DNA from: Lachnospiraceae bacterium
GTDB taxonomy: Bacteria > Bacillota > Clostridia > Lachnospirales > Lachnospiraceae
Assembly (NCBI GenBank): GCA_017622845.1
Contig: JAGAQJ010000002.1
Coordinates: 11,830 to 75,829, forward strand
DNA length: 64,000 nt
Direction of reading: 5' to 3'
The position numbers and the translations under genes are program-made. This document shows, piece by piece, positions 1 to 7,438 of the stretch. Below the pieces are notes generated by a model. It saw only the letters and a list, made by a program, of their open reading frames with translations, was not told the origin of the DNA and did no database searches. The number at the start of each line of letters is the position of its first letter. Position 1 is the stretch's first letter.

Positions 1-1031
1 GACTTCGCGAGGATTTGTTGAAGATCGTGCACGCGGACGCACAGAAATACACTTCTGTTTTGTTTTGCGGCTCCGGTACCATTAATATTGACGTCTGCTT
101 AAATTCCCTGCTTCCGGCGGACAAAAAGATACTGATTGTCAATAACGGGGCTTACAGCACGCGTGCAGTGGAAATCTGCGAATATTACGGACTTCCGCAC
201 ATCAATCTGCAGTTTGCAGTAGACGAGCTTCCGGATTTGGAGCTGGTAGAGAAGACATTAAAAGAAAATCCTGATATTGCATTGGTGCACACGACACATA
301 ATGAAACCGGAACAGGCATCTTAAACCCGATTCGTGAGCTGGGTGCGCTTGCTCACAAGTACGGTGCAGTCTTTACGGTTGATACGACTTCAACCTTGGC
401 AATGCGTCCGATTGACATCGAAAAGGACAATATCGACTTTTGTATGGCATCGGCACAGAAGGGATTGATGGCGATGACAGGATTATCCTTTATCATCGGC
501 AACAGAGCAGTGATTGAGGCTTCAAAGGATTATCCGAAGCGTTCTTATTACTGCAATCTGTATCTGCAGTATCACTTTTTTGAGACAACAGGGGAGATGC
601 ACTTTACGCCTCCGGTACAGACCATCTATGCCGCGATGCAGGCATTAAAGGAATACTTTGCAGAGGGAGAAGAAGCAAAGTGGGCAAGACATACGCGTGT
701 ATTTGAAGCGATTCATAAGGGCTTGGATGAGCTGGGCTTCCGCGACGTGATTAAGCGCGAATGGCAGGCAGGGCTGGTGGTGTCAGCCATATATCCTGAT
801 GATCCGAACTGGGATTTTACAAAAGTGCATGATTATTGCTATGAGAGAGGCTTTACCATCTATCCGGGAAAGATTTCAACGACCAACACCTTCAGGCTGT
901 GCGCACTGGGGGCGATTGACGAGGAGGATATCACGGAATTTTTCAAGGTATTCCGTCAGGCGTTAGAGCAGAATCATATCGCTATTCCGGTGAGGTATTG
1001 TGACGAAAAAGGCACAGCAGGCTGCAGATAG
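1..1031 (+). CDS. phnW: 2-aminoethylphosphonate:pyruvate aminotransferase (class-V aminotransferase), 5'-truncated by the window edge
   Basis: The frame stays open from nt 3 to the stop at 1031. The TTG at 15 is only the first possible start in the track. Class-V aminotransferase blocks are present (VLFCGSGT, NNGAYSTR) with a PLP-lysine context CMASAQKGLMAMTG. It sits immediately upstream of PEP mutase and phosphonopyruvate decarboxylase. Confidence 0.8.
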   Translation, partial: LREDLLKIVHADAQKYTSVLFCGSGTINIDVCLNSLLPADKKILIVNNGAYSTRAVEICEYYGLPHINLQFAVDELPDLELVEKTLKENPDIALVHTTHNETGTGILNPIRELGALAHKYGAVFTVDTTSTLAMRPIDIEKDNIDFCMASAQKGLMAMTGLSFIIGNRAVIEASKDYPKRSYYCNLYLQYHFFETTGEMHFTPPVQTIYAAMQALKEYFAEGEEAKWARHTRVFEAIHKGLDELGFRDVIKREWQAGLVVSAIYPDDPNWDFTKVHDYCYERGFTIYPGKISTTNTFRLCALGAIDEEDITEFFKVFRQALEQNHIAIPVRYCDEKGTAGCR

Positions 1032-1068
1032 TTAAGAGCATCGTCTGAAAATTAATTATAGAGATAGT

Positions 1069-1098
1069 GTAACAGGAAGCCGAAGGCTGAACTGTTAC
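1069..1098 (+). repeat. 30-nt hairpin repeat (module 3)
   Basis: GTAACAGGAAGCCGAAGGCTGAACTGTTAC is identical to 9256-9285. The outer stem is GTAACAG/CTGTTAC and the inner stem is AGCC-GAA-GGCT. It lies between phnW and pepM. Confidence 0.8.
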
Positions 1099-1164
1099 GA
1101 GATTGTCACATAGGATATTGCACAGATTTGATTAGCGGCAAAGCAAAGAGAGGATTCAGGATAC

Positions 1165-2460
1165 ATGAAAAAAGTATATGCATGTTTTTGCACAGATGTG
1201 CTTCATGAAGGGCATCTGAATATTATTCATAAGGCGAAGGCATATGGAGACGTGATTGTGGGCGTTCTGACAGATGAGGCGATGATTCGGTATAACCGTT
1301 TTCCGACCATCAGCTTTGAGGAGAGAATGCAGCTATTTGAGGCGGTTGAGGAGGTCAGTTCGGTTGTCGTGCAAAATGATATTATGTATGACAATATCAT
1401 TGCACAGATTAAGCCGGACTATGTGATTCACGGAGATAACTGGCAGAAGGGACCGGAGGCAGCGATTCGCGCGAATGTAATTGAAGTCTTAAAGCGGGAG
1501 GGCGGAGAATTAATCGAGGTTCCCTATACTTACAATGAAAATGTCAAGCGTGTGGACGAGCGCTTGAAGGAAAAACTGGCAATGCCTGAGTTTCGCAGAA
1601 AGCGGCTGAGACAGTTAATCAAGATGCGTCCGATTGTAAAAACGATTGAGGTACACAGCGGTTTAACAGGTCTGATTGCAGAAAAGACAGTTGTAGAAAA
1701 TGACGGAGAGTTTGATCAGTTTGATGCGATGTGGATTAGCTCTCTGTGCGATTCGACAGCAAAGGGCAAGCCGGATATAGAGCTTGTTGATATGACCTCG
1801 CGCTGCCGGACGATTGATGATGTGATGGAGGTTACCACAAAGCCGATTATTTTTGACGGTGACACGGGCGGATTGACCGAGCACTTTGTCTATCTGGTGC
1901 GTACGCTGGAACGAATGGGTGTGTCAGCGATTATTATTGAAGATAAGACAGGACTCAAGAAAAACTCCCTCTTTGGAACGGAAGTGGAGCAGACGCAGGA
2001 CAGCATCGAGAATTTCAGTGCAAAGATTGCAGCAGGCAAGAAGGTACAGTTGACAGACGACTTTATGATTATAGCAAGAATCGAGAGTCTGATTTTAGAG
2101 CAAGGCATGGACGATGCTTTAACCAGAGCAAGGGCATTCCGCGATGCGGGGGCTGACGGCATTATGATTCACAGCCGCAAGAAAGACCCGGCAGAAATTC
2201 TGGAGTTCTGTGATAAGTTTCGTGCAGAGGACAAGGAAACGCCGATCGTGGTGGTTCCGTCTTCGTTTAACTCTATCACGGAGGCAGAGCTGGCGGAGCA
2301 CGGGGTAAATATCGTAATCTATGCAAATCAGCTGACTAGAAGCGCCTTTCCGGCGATGGAGCAGACTGCAAAGGATATTTTGAAATATCACCGCGCGCAG
2401 GAGGTGGACAGCCGCCTGATGCCGATTAAACAGATTTTGACACTGATTGATGAATTATAA
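1165..2460 (+). CDS. pepM: Bifunctional cytidylyltransferase-like (HxGH, TagD/Fom1-type) domain fused to phosphoenolpyruvate mutase
   Basis: The N-terminal ~130 aa read MKKVYACFCTDVLHEGHLNIIHKAKAYGD, the HxGH nucleotidyltransferase signature. The C-terminal domain carries the PepM-diagnostic EDKxxxxxNS motif (IIIEDKTGLKKNS) within an isocitrate-lyase-superfamily barrel. The architecture matches Fom1 of fosfomycin biosynthesis. Confidence 0.85.
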   Translation: MKKVYACFCTDVLHEGHLNIIHKAKAYGDVIVGVLTDEAMIRYNRFPTISFEERMQLFEAVEEVSSVVVQNDIMYDNIIAQIKPDYVIHGDNWQKGPEAAIRANVIEVLKREGGELIEVPYTYNENVKRVDERLKEKLAMPEFRRKRLRQLIKMRPIVKTIEVHSGLTGLIAEKTVVENDGEFDQFDAMWISSLCDSTAKGKPDIELVDMTSRCRTIDDVMEVTTKPIIFDGDTGGLTEHFVYLVRTLERMGVSAIIIEDKTGLKKNSLFGTEVEQTQDSIENFSAKIAAGKKVQLTDDFMIIARIESLILEQGMDDALTRARAFRDAGADGIMIHSRKKDPAEILEFCDKFRAEDKETPIVVVPSSFNSITEAELAEHGVNIVIYANQLTRSAFPAMEQTAKDILKYHRAQEVDSRLMPIKQILTLIDEL

Positions 2461-2471
2461 GGAGACAATCC

Positions 2472-3170
2472 ATGGAAATAGCAATTTTGATGGCGGCAGG
2501 CTTGGGAACGCGGATGCGTCCGCTTACGGAAACAATACCAAAACCCCTTGTAAAGGTTCACGGGACCCCGATGATTGAGACAGTAATTCAAGGCTTGCTG
2601 AGAAGGAAGGTCAGCAAAATCTATGTTGTTGTGGGCTATAAAAAAGAGCAGTTTGAATACCTTACAAATAAGTATGCAAACCTTGAACTGATTGAAAATA
2701 CGGAATACGAGACAATCAACAATATTTCCTCGATTCATGCGGTGGGAGATGTGTTAGGCAGTGCAGATTGTTTTATCTGTGAAGCGGATTTGTATATCTC
2801 GGATTTGACGATTTTTGATGCAAGGCTTGAGCAGTCCTGCTATTATGGCAAGATGGTAAAGGGATATTCCGACGACTGGGTATTTGATATGGAGGGTGAC
2901 AGGATTGTCCGCGTGGGAAAAGAGGGAACCGACTGCTATAATATGGTTGGCATCTCTTATTTTCAGCAAAAGGACGCGGCGCTTATCAGAGATGCAGTCG
3001 CTTTGGAATATGGAAAAGCGGGTTATGAAGGTCTTTATTGGGACGAAATCGTAGACAAGCAGTTGGACAAGCTGAATCTCACGATATATCCGGTAGGACA
3101 GGAGCAGATTGTTGAGATTGACTCCGTAAAAGAGCTGTGTGCGGTTGACAGCAGCTACATCAACGGATAA
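2472..3170 (+). CDS. LicC/PntC-like nucleotidyltransferase (candidate phosphonate or phosphocholine cytidylyltransferase)
   Basis: The N-terminal signature is AAGLGTRMRPLTETIPKPLV (GxGTRxxPxTxxxPK) and the size is ~230 aa as in LicC. An AAGGAG RBS lies upstream. It is located between pepM and ppd. Confidence 0.75.
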   Translation: MEIAILMAAGLGTRMRPLTETIPKPLVKVHGTPMIETVIQGLLRRKVSKIYVVVGYKKEQFEYLTNKYANLELIENTEYETINNISSIHAVGDVLGSADCFICEADLYISDLTIFDARLEQSCYYGKMVKGYSDDWVFDMEGDRIVRVGKEGTDCYNMVGISYFQQKDAALIRDAVALEYGKAGYEGLYWDEIVDKQLDKLNLTIYPVGQEQIVEIDSVKELCAVDSSYING

Positions 3171-3223
3171 CGTGATAGAGCATTACCCAAAAGGATAAAA
3201 ACGGAAATGGAGTGTAAGAGAAG

Positions 3224-4345
3224 ATGCAGGTTCAGACATTAACAGACATTATCGGTGCTGATTTTTATGCGGGAGTCCCTGATTCCCAGTTAAAGGCATT
3301 GTGCAATTATTTGATGAACACCTACGGAATCGATGCACAGCATCATGTGATAGCGGCGAATGAAGGGAATTGTGCTGCGTTGGCGGCAGGCTATCATCTG
3401 GCGACCGGAAAGGTTCCTGTTGTGTATATGCAGAATTCAGGAGAGGGCAATATTATCAATCCCGTGGCGTCTCTTTTGAATGAGAAGGTATATGCTATTC
3501 CGATGATTTTTATTATCGGATGGCGGGGAGAGCCGGGAATCCATGATGAGCCGCAGCATATTTATCAAGGTGAAGTAACCTTGAAATTGTTAGAGGATAT
3601 GGATATCAAGCCTTTTGTAATCGGAAAGGACACGACAGAGGATGAAGTGCGGACTGCCATGCAGGAATTTGAGCCGTTATTGGCGGCAGGGAAAAATGTT
3701 GCGTTTGTGATTCGCAAGGGTGCGCTTTCTTACGAGGAAAAGGTGGAATACAGCAACAACAATAACATGGTTCGTGAAGAAATTATCAGGCACATTACGG
3801 CAGCTTCCGGAGAAGACCCTGTTGTCTCTACCACAGGAAAGGCAAGCAGAGAGCTTTTTGAAATCAGGGAAGCAAACGGACAGAGCCACCAGTATGATTT
3901 CCTGACAGTAGGCTCGATGGGACACAGCTCCTCCATCGCACTTGGCATCGCAGTCAATAAGCCGGAAACAACAGTATGGTGCATTGACGGGGATGGTGCA
4001 GTTTTGATGCATATGGGAGCAATGGCGGTTATCGGGGCGAACAGTCCTGAGAATCTGGTTCATGTCGTGATTAACAACAGTGCACACGAAACCGTAGGAG
4101 GAATGCCGACGGTTGCAGGAAAGACAGACTTAGTGGCGGTTGCTAAAGCGTGCGGATATCCGAATGCGGTCTGTGTGGACAGCTTTGAGGCGCTTGACAG
4201 CGCATTACAGCAGGCAAAGGAAAGCAGGCAGCTTAGCTTCATTGAGGTGAAATGCTCAATTGGCGCAAGGGATGATTTGGGCAGACCAACCACAACAGCA
4301 CGCGAAAATAAACAGAATTTTATGGAATATTTAAGACGAATTTAG
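3224..4345 (+). CDS. ppd: Phosphonopyruvate decarboxylase (ThDP-dependent)
   Basis: The ThDP-binding motif is GDGAVLMHMGAMAVIGANSPENLVHVVINNSAHE (GDG..NN). The ~370 aa size is typical of Ppd/AepY. It sits in a pepM context. Confidence 0.85.
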   Translation: MQVQTLTDIIGADFYAGVPDSQLKALCNYLMNTYGIDAQHHVIAANEGNCAALAAGYHLATGKVPVVYMQNSGEGNIINPVASLLNEKVYAIPMIFIIGWRGEPGIHDEPQHIYQGEVTLKLLEDMDIKPFVIGKDTTEDEVRTAMQEFEPLLAAGKNVAFVIRKGALSYEEKVEYSNNNNMVREEIIRHITAASGEDPVVSTTGKASRELFEIREANGQSHQYDFLTVGSMGHSSSIALGIAVNKPETTVWCIDGDGAVLMHMGAMAVIGANSPENLVHVVINNSAHETVGGMPTVAGKTDLVAVAKACGYPNAVCVDSFEALDSALQQAKESRQLSFIEVKCSIGARDDLGRPTTTARENKQNFMEYLRRI

Positions 4346-4465
4346 TTGTTATTTGCAGAAATAAGTGATATAATTCCATGGATTTGTAGATGCGGATAAG
4401 GTGGCGCGTTCATACAGGAGGGGTCATGGCGAATCAGAAGCATATGGATAAAGCGAGGGACAACA

Positions 4466-6373
4466 ATGGAAATAGTATATAAGGCTTTGGAATGGGTGAT
4501 GAATGGCTGTTATGCGCTCTGTCATAACTATGGGCTTGCGATTATCCTGTTTACCTTAGCGAGCAAAATCGTACTTTTGCCGGTTTCGGTATGGGTACAG
4601 AAAAATTCTATCAAAATGGTTAAAATGCAGCCGGAAATCAATTTTCTTACCGTAAAATATTATGGGGACAAGGATTCCATTGCAGAGGAACAGGCAAAGA
4701 TTTTTAAGCGGGAGAATTATCACCCGATGGCGTCGATTATTCCGCTGGTGATACAGCTATTGCTTTTGATGGGAGTCATAGAGGTTATCAAGCGTGGAAT
4801 TGCAAATCCTGCAATTGATATGAACTTTTTTGGTATCAACCTCAGCCTTGTGCCTTCCCGGACAGGCATTTCGCTGCTTTGGTCGCCATTGGTGGCAGGC
4901 GTTTCCGCGTGGATTCTCTGCGTTGCACAGAATGCAAGCAATGTTTTGCAGTCCGAGCAGTCAAACTGGAATAAATACGGCATGATGGCATTTTCTGTTG
5001 GATTATCACTGTATCTTGGCTGGTTTGTGTCTGTCGGGGTCGCACTATACTGGGTTGCAAGCAACCTGTTTGCTGTTGCACAGCTTTATCTTCTGAACTG
5101 GGCGATTAATCCCAAGAACTATGTAGATTATGAGGCGCTGGAGGAGAGCAAGAAGGCTCTGGAGGCGCTGGGAAATCTTGGCGGCAGAAAAAGGAGACGC
5201 TTTGGAGACCCTGATACGAAAAGGGAACGGCAGGATTACAAAAAATTCTTTTCCGTTGTCAACAAGCATCTGGTATTTTATTCGGAGGAAAGCGGATTTT
5301 ACAAGTATTATCGTGGAATCATAGAATACCTGTTAGAGAATACGAACCTGGTAATTCATTATATCACAAGCGACCCGGACGACCAGATATTTGAGCTGGC
5401 AAAGGTGCAGGATAAGATACGTCCTTATTATATTGGGGAAAAACGGCTTATTACTTTAATGATGAAAATGGACGCGGACGTTGTCGTGATGACGATGCCG
5501 GATTTGGAGAATTATCATATTAAGAGAAGCTATATCCGCAAGGATATCGAGTATATCTTTATTCCGCACAGCATGGACAGCCTGAATATGACAATGCGCA
5601 AGGGCTCTATGGACCATTATGACACGGTATTTTGCGTCGGAAAGCATCAAAAAGAGGAGATAGAAAAGACAGAGACTGCATACGGTCTTGAGAAAAAGAC
5701 CTTGGTTGACTGGGGATACTGCCTTCTTGACGATATGAGAAGGGAATATCAGGCTCTTTCCCATGAGAAGAGTACGACGAAGAAAATCCTGATTGCGCCT
5801 TCGTGGCAGCAGGACAATATCGTGGATAGCTGTCTGGAAGCGATTCTCGACAATCTGAAGGGAAAAGGCTATCAGGTTACGGTTCGTCCGCATCCCCAGC
5901 ATGTGCGGCATAAGGGCGAATTTATGGAGATGCTCAAGGAGAAGTATGCTTCTGATAAGGACGTGGAAATCCAGACAGACTTTTCCTCAAACAGTACGGT
6001 ATTTGAAGCGGATTTAATGATTACGGACTGGTCGGGAATTGCATATGAGTATGCATATACGACGCAGAAGCCGGTGCTCTTTATAAATACACCGATGAAA
6101 ATTATGAATCCTGAGTATCAGAAAATCGACACAGTACCGATTAATATTTTCCAGCGTGAGGAAATCGGCTGTGCACTCGACCTGAATGAACTGGATAAGC
6201 TCAGCGATAAGGTTGGTGAGCTGCTTGCACATAAGTCAGATTATTATGAGAAAATCGGTGAATTTGTAAAGGAATATACGTATAATCTCGGAACAAGCGG
6301 CGAGGTCGGCGCGAAATACATTATAAGTGCAGTGCAGAGAAAGATTCAGGAAAGAAAAGCACAAGGGAACTGA
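4466..6373 (+). CDS. Fusion protein: N-terminal YidC/Oxa1-type membrane insertase core and C-terminal TagB/TagF-family (CDP-glycerol-type) phosphotransferase
   Basis: Residues 1-215 match the YidC pattern (GLAIILFTLASKIVLLPVSVWVQKNSIKMVKMQPE..., NYHPMASIIPLVIQLLLL, GVALYWVASNLFAVAQ). Residues ~290-635 match TagF blocks (ILIAPSWQ, VRPHPQH, ADLMITDWSGIAYEYAYTTQKPVLFINTP). Confidence 0.7.
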   Translation: MEIVYKALEWVMNGCYALCHNYGLAIILFTLASKIVLLPVSVWVQKNSIKMVKMQPEINFLTVKYYGDKDSIAEEQAKIFKRENYHPMASIIPLVIQLLLLMGVIEVIKRGIANPAIDMNFFGINLSLVPSRTGISLLWSPLVAGVSAWILCVAQNASNVLQSEQSNWNKYGMMAFSVGLSLYLGWFVSVGVALYWVASNLFAVAQLYLLNWAINPKNYVDYEALEESKKALEALGNLGGRKRRRFGDPDTKRERQDYKKFFSVVNKHLVFYSEESGFYKYYRGIIEYLLENTNLVIHYITSDPDDQIFELAKVQDKIRPYYIGEKRLITLMMKMDADVVVMTMPDLENYHIKRSYIRKDIEYIFIPHSMDSLNMTMRKGSMDHYDTVFCVGKHQKEEIEKTETAYGLEKKTLVDWGYCLLDDMRREYQALSHEKSTTKKILIAPSWQQDNIVDSCLEAILDNLKGKGYQVTVRPHPQHVRHKGEFMEMLKEKYASDKDVEIQTDFSSNSTVFEADLMITDWSGIAYEYAYTTQKPVLFINTPMKIMNPEYQKIDTVPINIFQREEIGCALDLNELDKLSDKVGELLAHKSDYYEKIGEFVKEYTYNLGTSGEVGAKYIISAVQRKIQERKAQGN

Positions 6374-6445
6374 CAGGAAGTAATGAGGATACTGAATCGT
6401 TACAATTGCAGAATAAAACAGGTAATAGAAAGGAAGAACCATATT

Positions 6446-6721
6446 ATGAAGAAGGACATATTAAAGAAGAACATATTACGATTAGCATGTGCAGGTTATT
6501 TAGGGGCGGCAGGTATGCTGCTGTTTGGTGTCAATGCACAGGCATACATTGACCCGTCGGTTGCGACTTATGCGATTCAGGCGATTGCCGGTATTGCAAT
6601 TGCAGTTGGTGCAGCTGTTGGAATTTATTTCAGGCGTGCCAAAAAGAAGATTAATGAGAAGCTTGGCGTAGACGAAAACCGCAACAAAGAGGTTGAGTCA
6701 GATGATATTGAGATAAAATAA
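6446..6721 (+). CDS. Small exported/membrane protein (signal peptide, one TM helix, charged tail)
   Basis: I chose the internal ATG at 6446 because an AGGAAG RBS sits at 6431-6436. There is a predicted AXA cleavage site (VNAQA/YIDPS), a hydrophobic stretch AIQAIAGIAIAVGAAVGIYF, then a K/E-rich tail. I do not recognise a family. Confidence 0.45.
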   Translation: MKKDILKKNILRLACAGYLGAAGMLLFGVNAQAYIDPSVATYAIQAIAGIAIAVGAAVGIYFRRAKKKINEKLGVDENRNKEVESDDIEIK

Positions 6722-6735
6722 CAGGCAGCTTTTAT

Positions 6736-6772
6736 GCAATTCAAGTACGCGGGAGCGTACTTGAATTGTTTC
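6736..6772. terminator. Perfect 14-bp hairpin between convergent genes
   Basis: CAATTCAAGTACGC-GGGA-GCGTACTTGAATTG is followed by TTTC on the + strand. It lies between the stop at 6721 (+) and the stop at 6785 (-). The U-tract is present only for the + transcript. Confidence 0.7.
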
Positions 6773-6784
6773 ATGCATACAAGC

Positions 6785-7270
6785 TCATCGCGACGGCATC
6801 ACAGTGCCGATGATATCCTCATATTTTACAGGTCCGATGTCCGGGCAGCGGCTGTCTTTGCTTTCGCTGTAGTTGTCGCCAAGGACAAAATATTCATCTT
6901 CATGAAGCAAAAGCGGAGAAGAAGCGGTGCCTGCATACGAGATTTGGGCGTTTTCGGGCAGTACGGAGGAAGGCTCGTCATTTACATACAGGATATTTTC
7001 CTCGATAGAAACCATATCGTTTGGCTTGGCAACGACACGTTTGATCAGGGTTGTCGACAAGGTATCACTGGAAAAGACAATGACATCGCCGTAGTCAGGC
7101 TGCTTCACATGCTTGTTGATGATTACAAGCTCCAGATTATGATATGTGGGAAGCATGGAATCGCCTTGTATTAATGCAAGCTGAAAATGATATCTTGAGA
7201 GATAGCCTGTCATGAAAAGGATAGAAAGAGCAAGTATCAAATTTTTATGTTTCTGTATTATTTTCTTCAT
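6785..7270 (-). CDS. lepB: Signal peptidase I (S26 family)
   Basis: It has the catalytic Ser box GDSMLPT, the Lys box LIKRVVAKPND, and GDNYSESKDSR. A GGGAGG RBS is present on the minus strand. This is the only minus-strand gene I call in the window. Confidence 0.85.
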   Translation of the reverse strand: MKKIIQKHKNLILALSILFMTGYLSRYHFQLALIQGDSMLPTYHNLELVIINKHVKQPDYGDVIVFSSDTLSTTLIKRVVAKPNDMVSIEENILYVNDEPSSVLPENAQISYAGTASSPLLLHEDEYFVLGDNYSESKDSRCPDIGPVKYEDIIGTVMPSR

Positions 7271-7438
7271 AAAATCCTCCCTTGCAAAGATTATATCACA
7301 CTAAAAAATGAAAGCAATGAGAATGGAAATTTAAGAAAAGCCGGACTAAAATAATGCAGGAATTATCTGAAAGTATGTCTGTATGGAATAGCGGTAATGC
7401 CGCTTAATGTTTTCAGGCGGCAGAGAGGAAGCAATTTG

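Noticed and set aside
6734-7174. A 146-aa plus-strand ORF opposite the signal peptidase gene.
   Set aside because: The minus-strand frame carries all S26 signature boxes and a good RBS. The plus-strand ORF has no motifs and begins inside the terminator hairpin.
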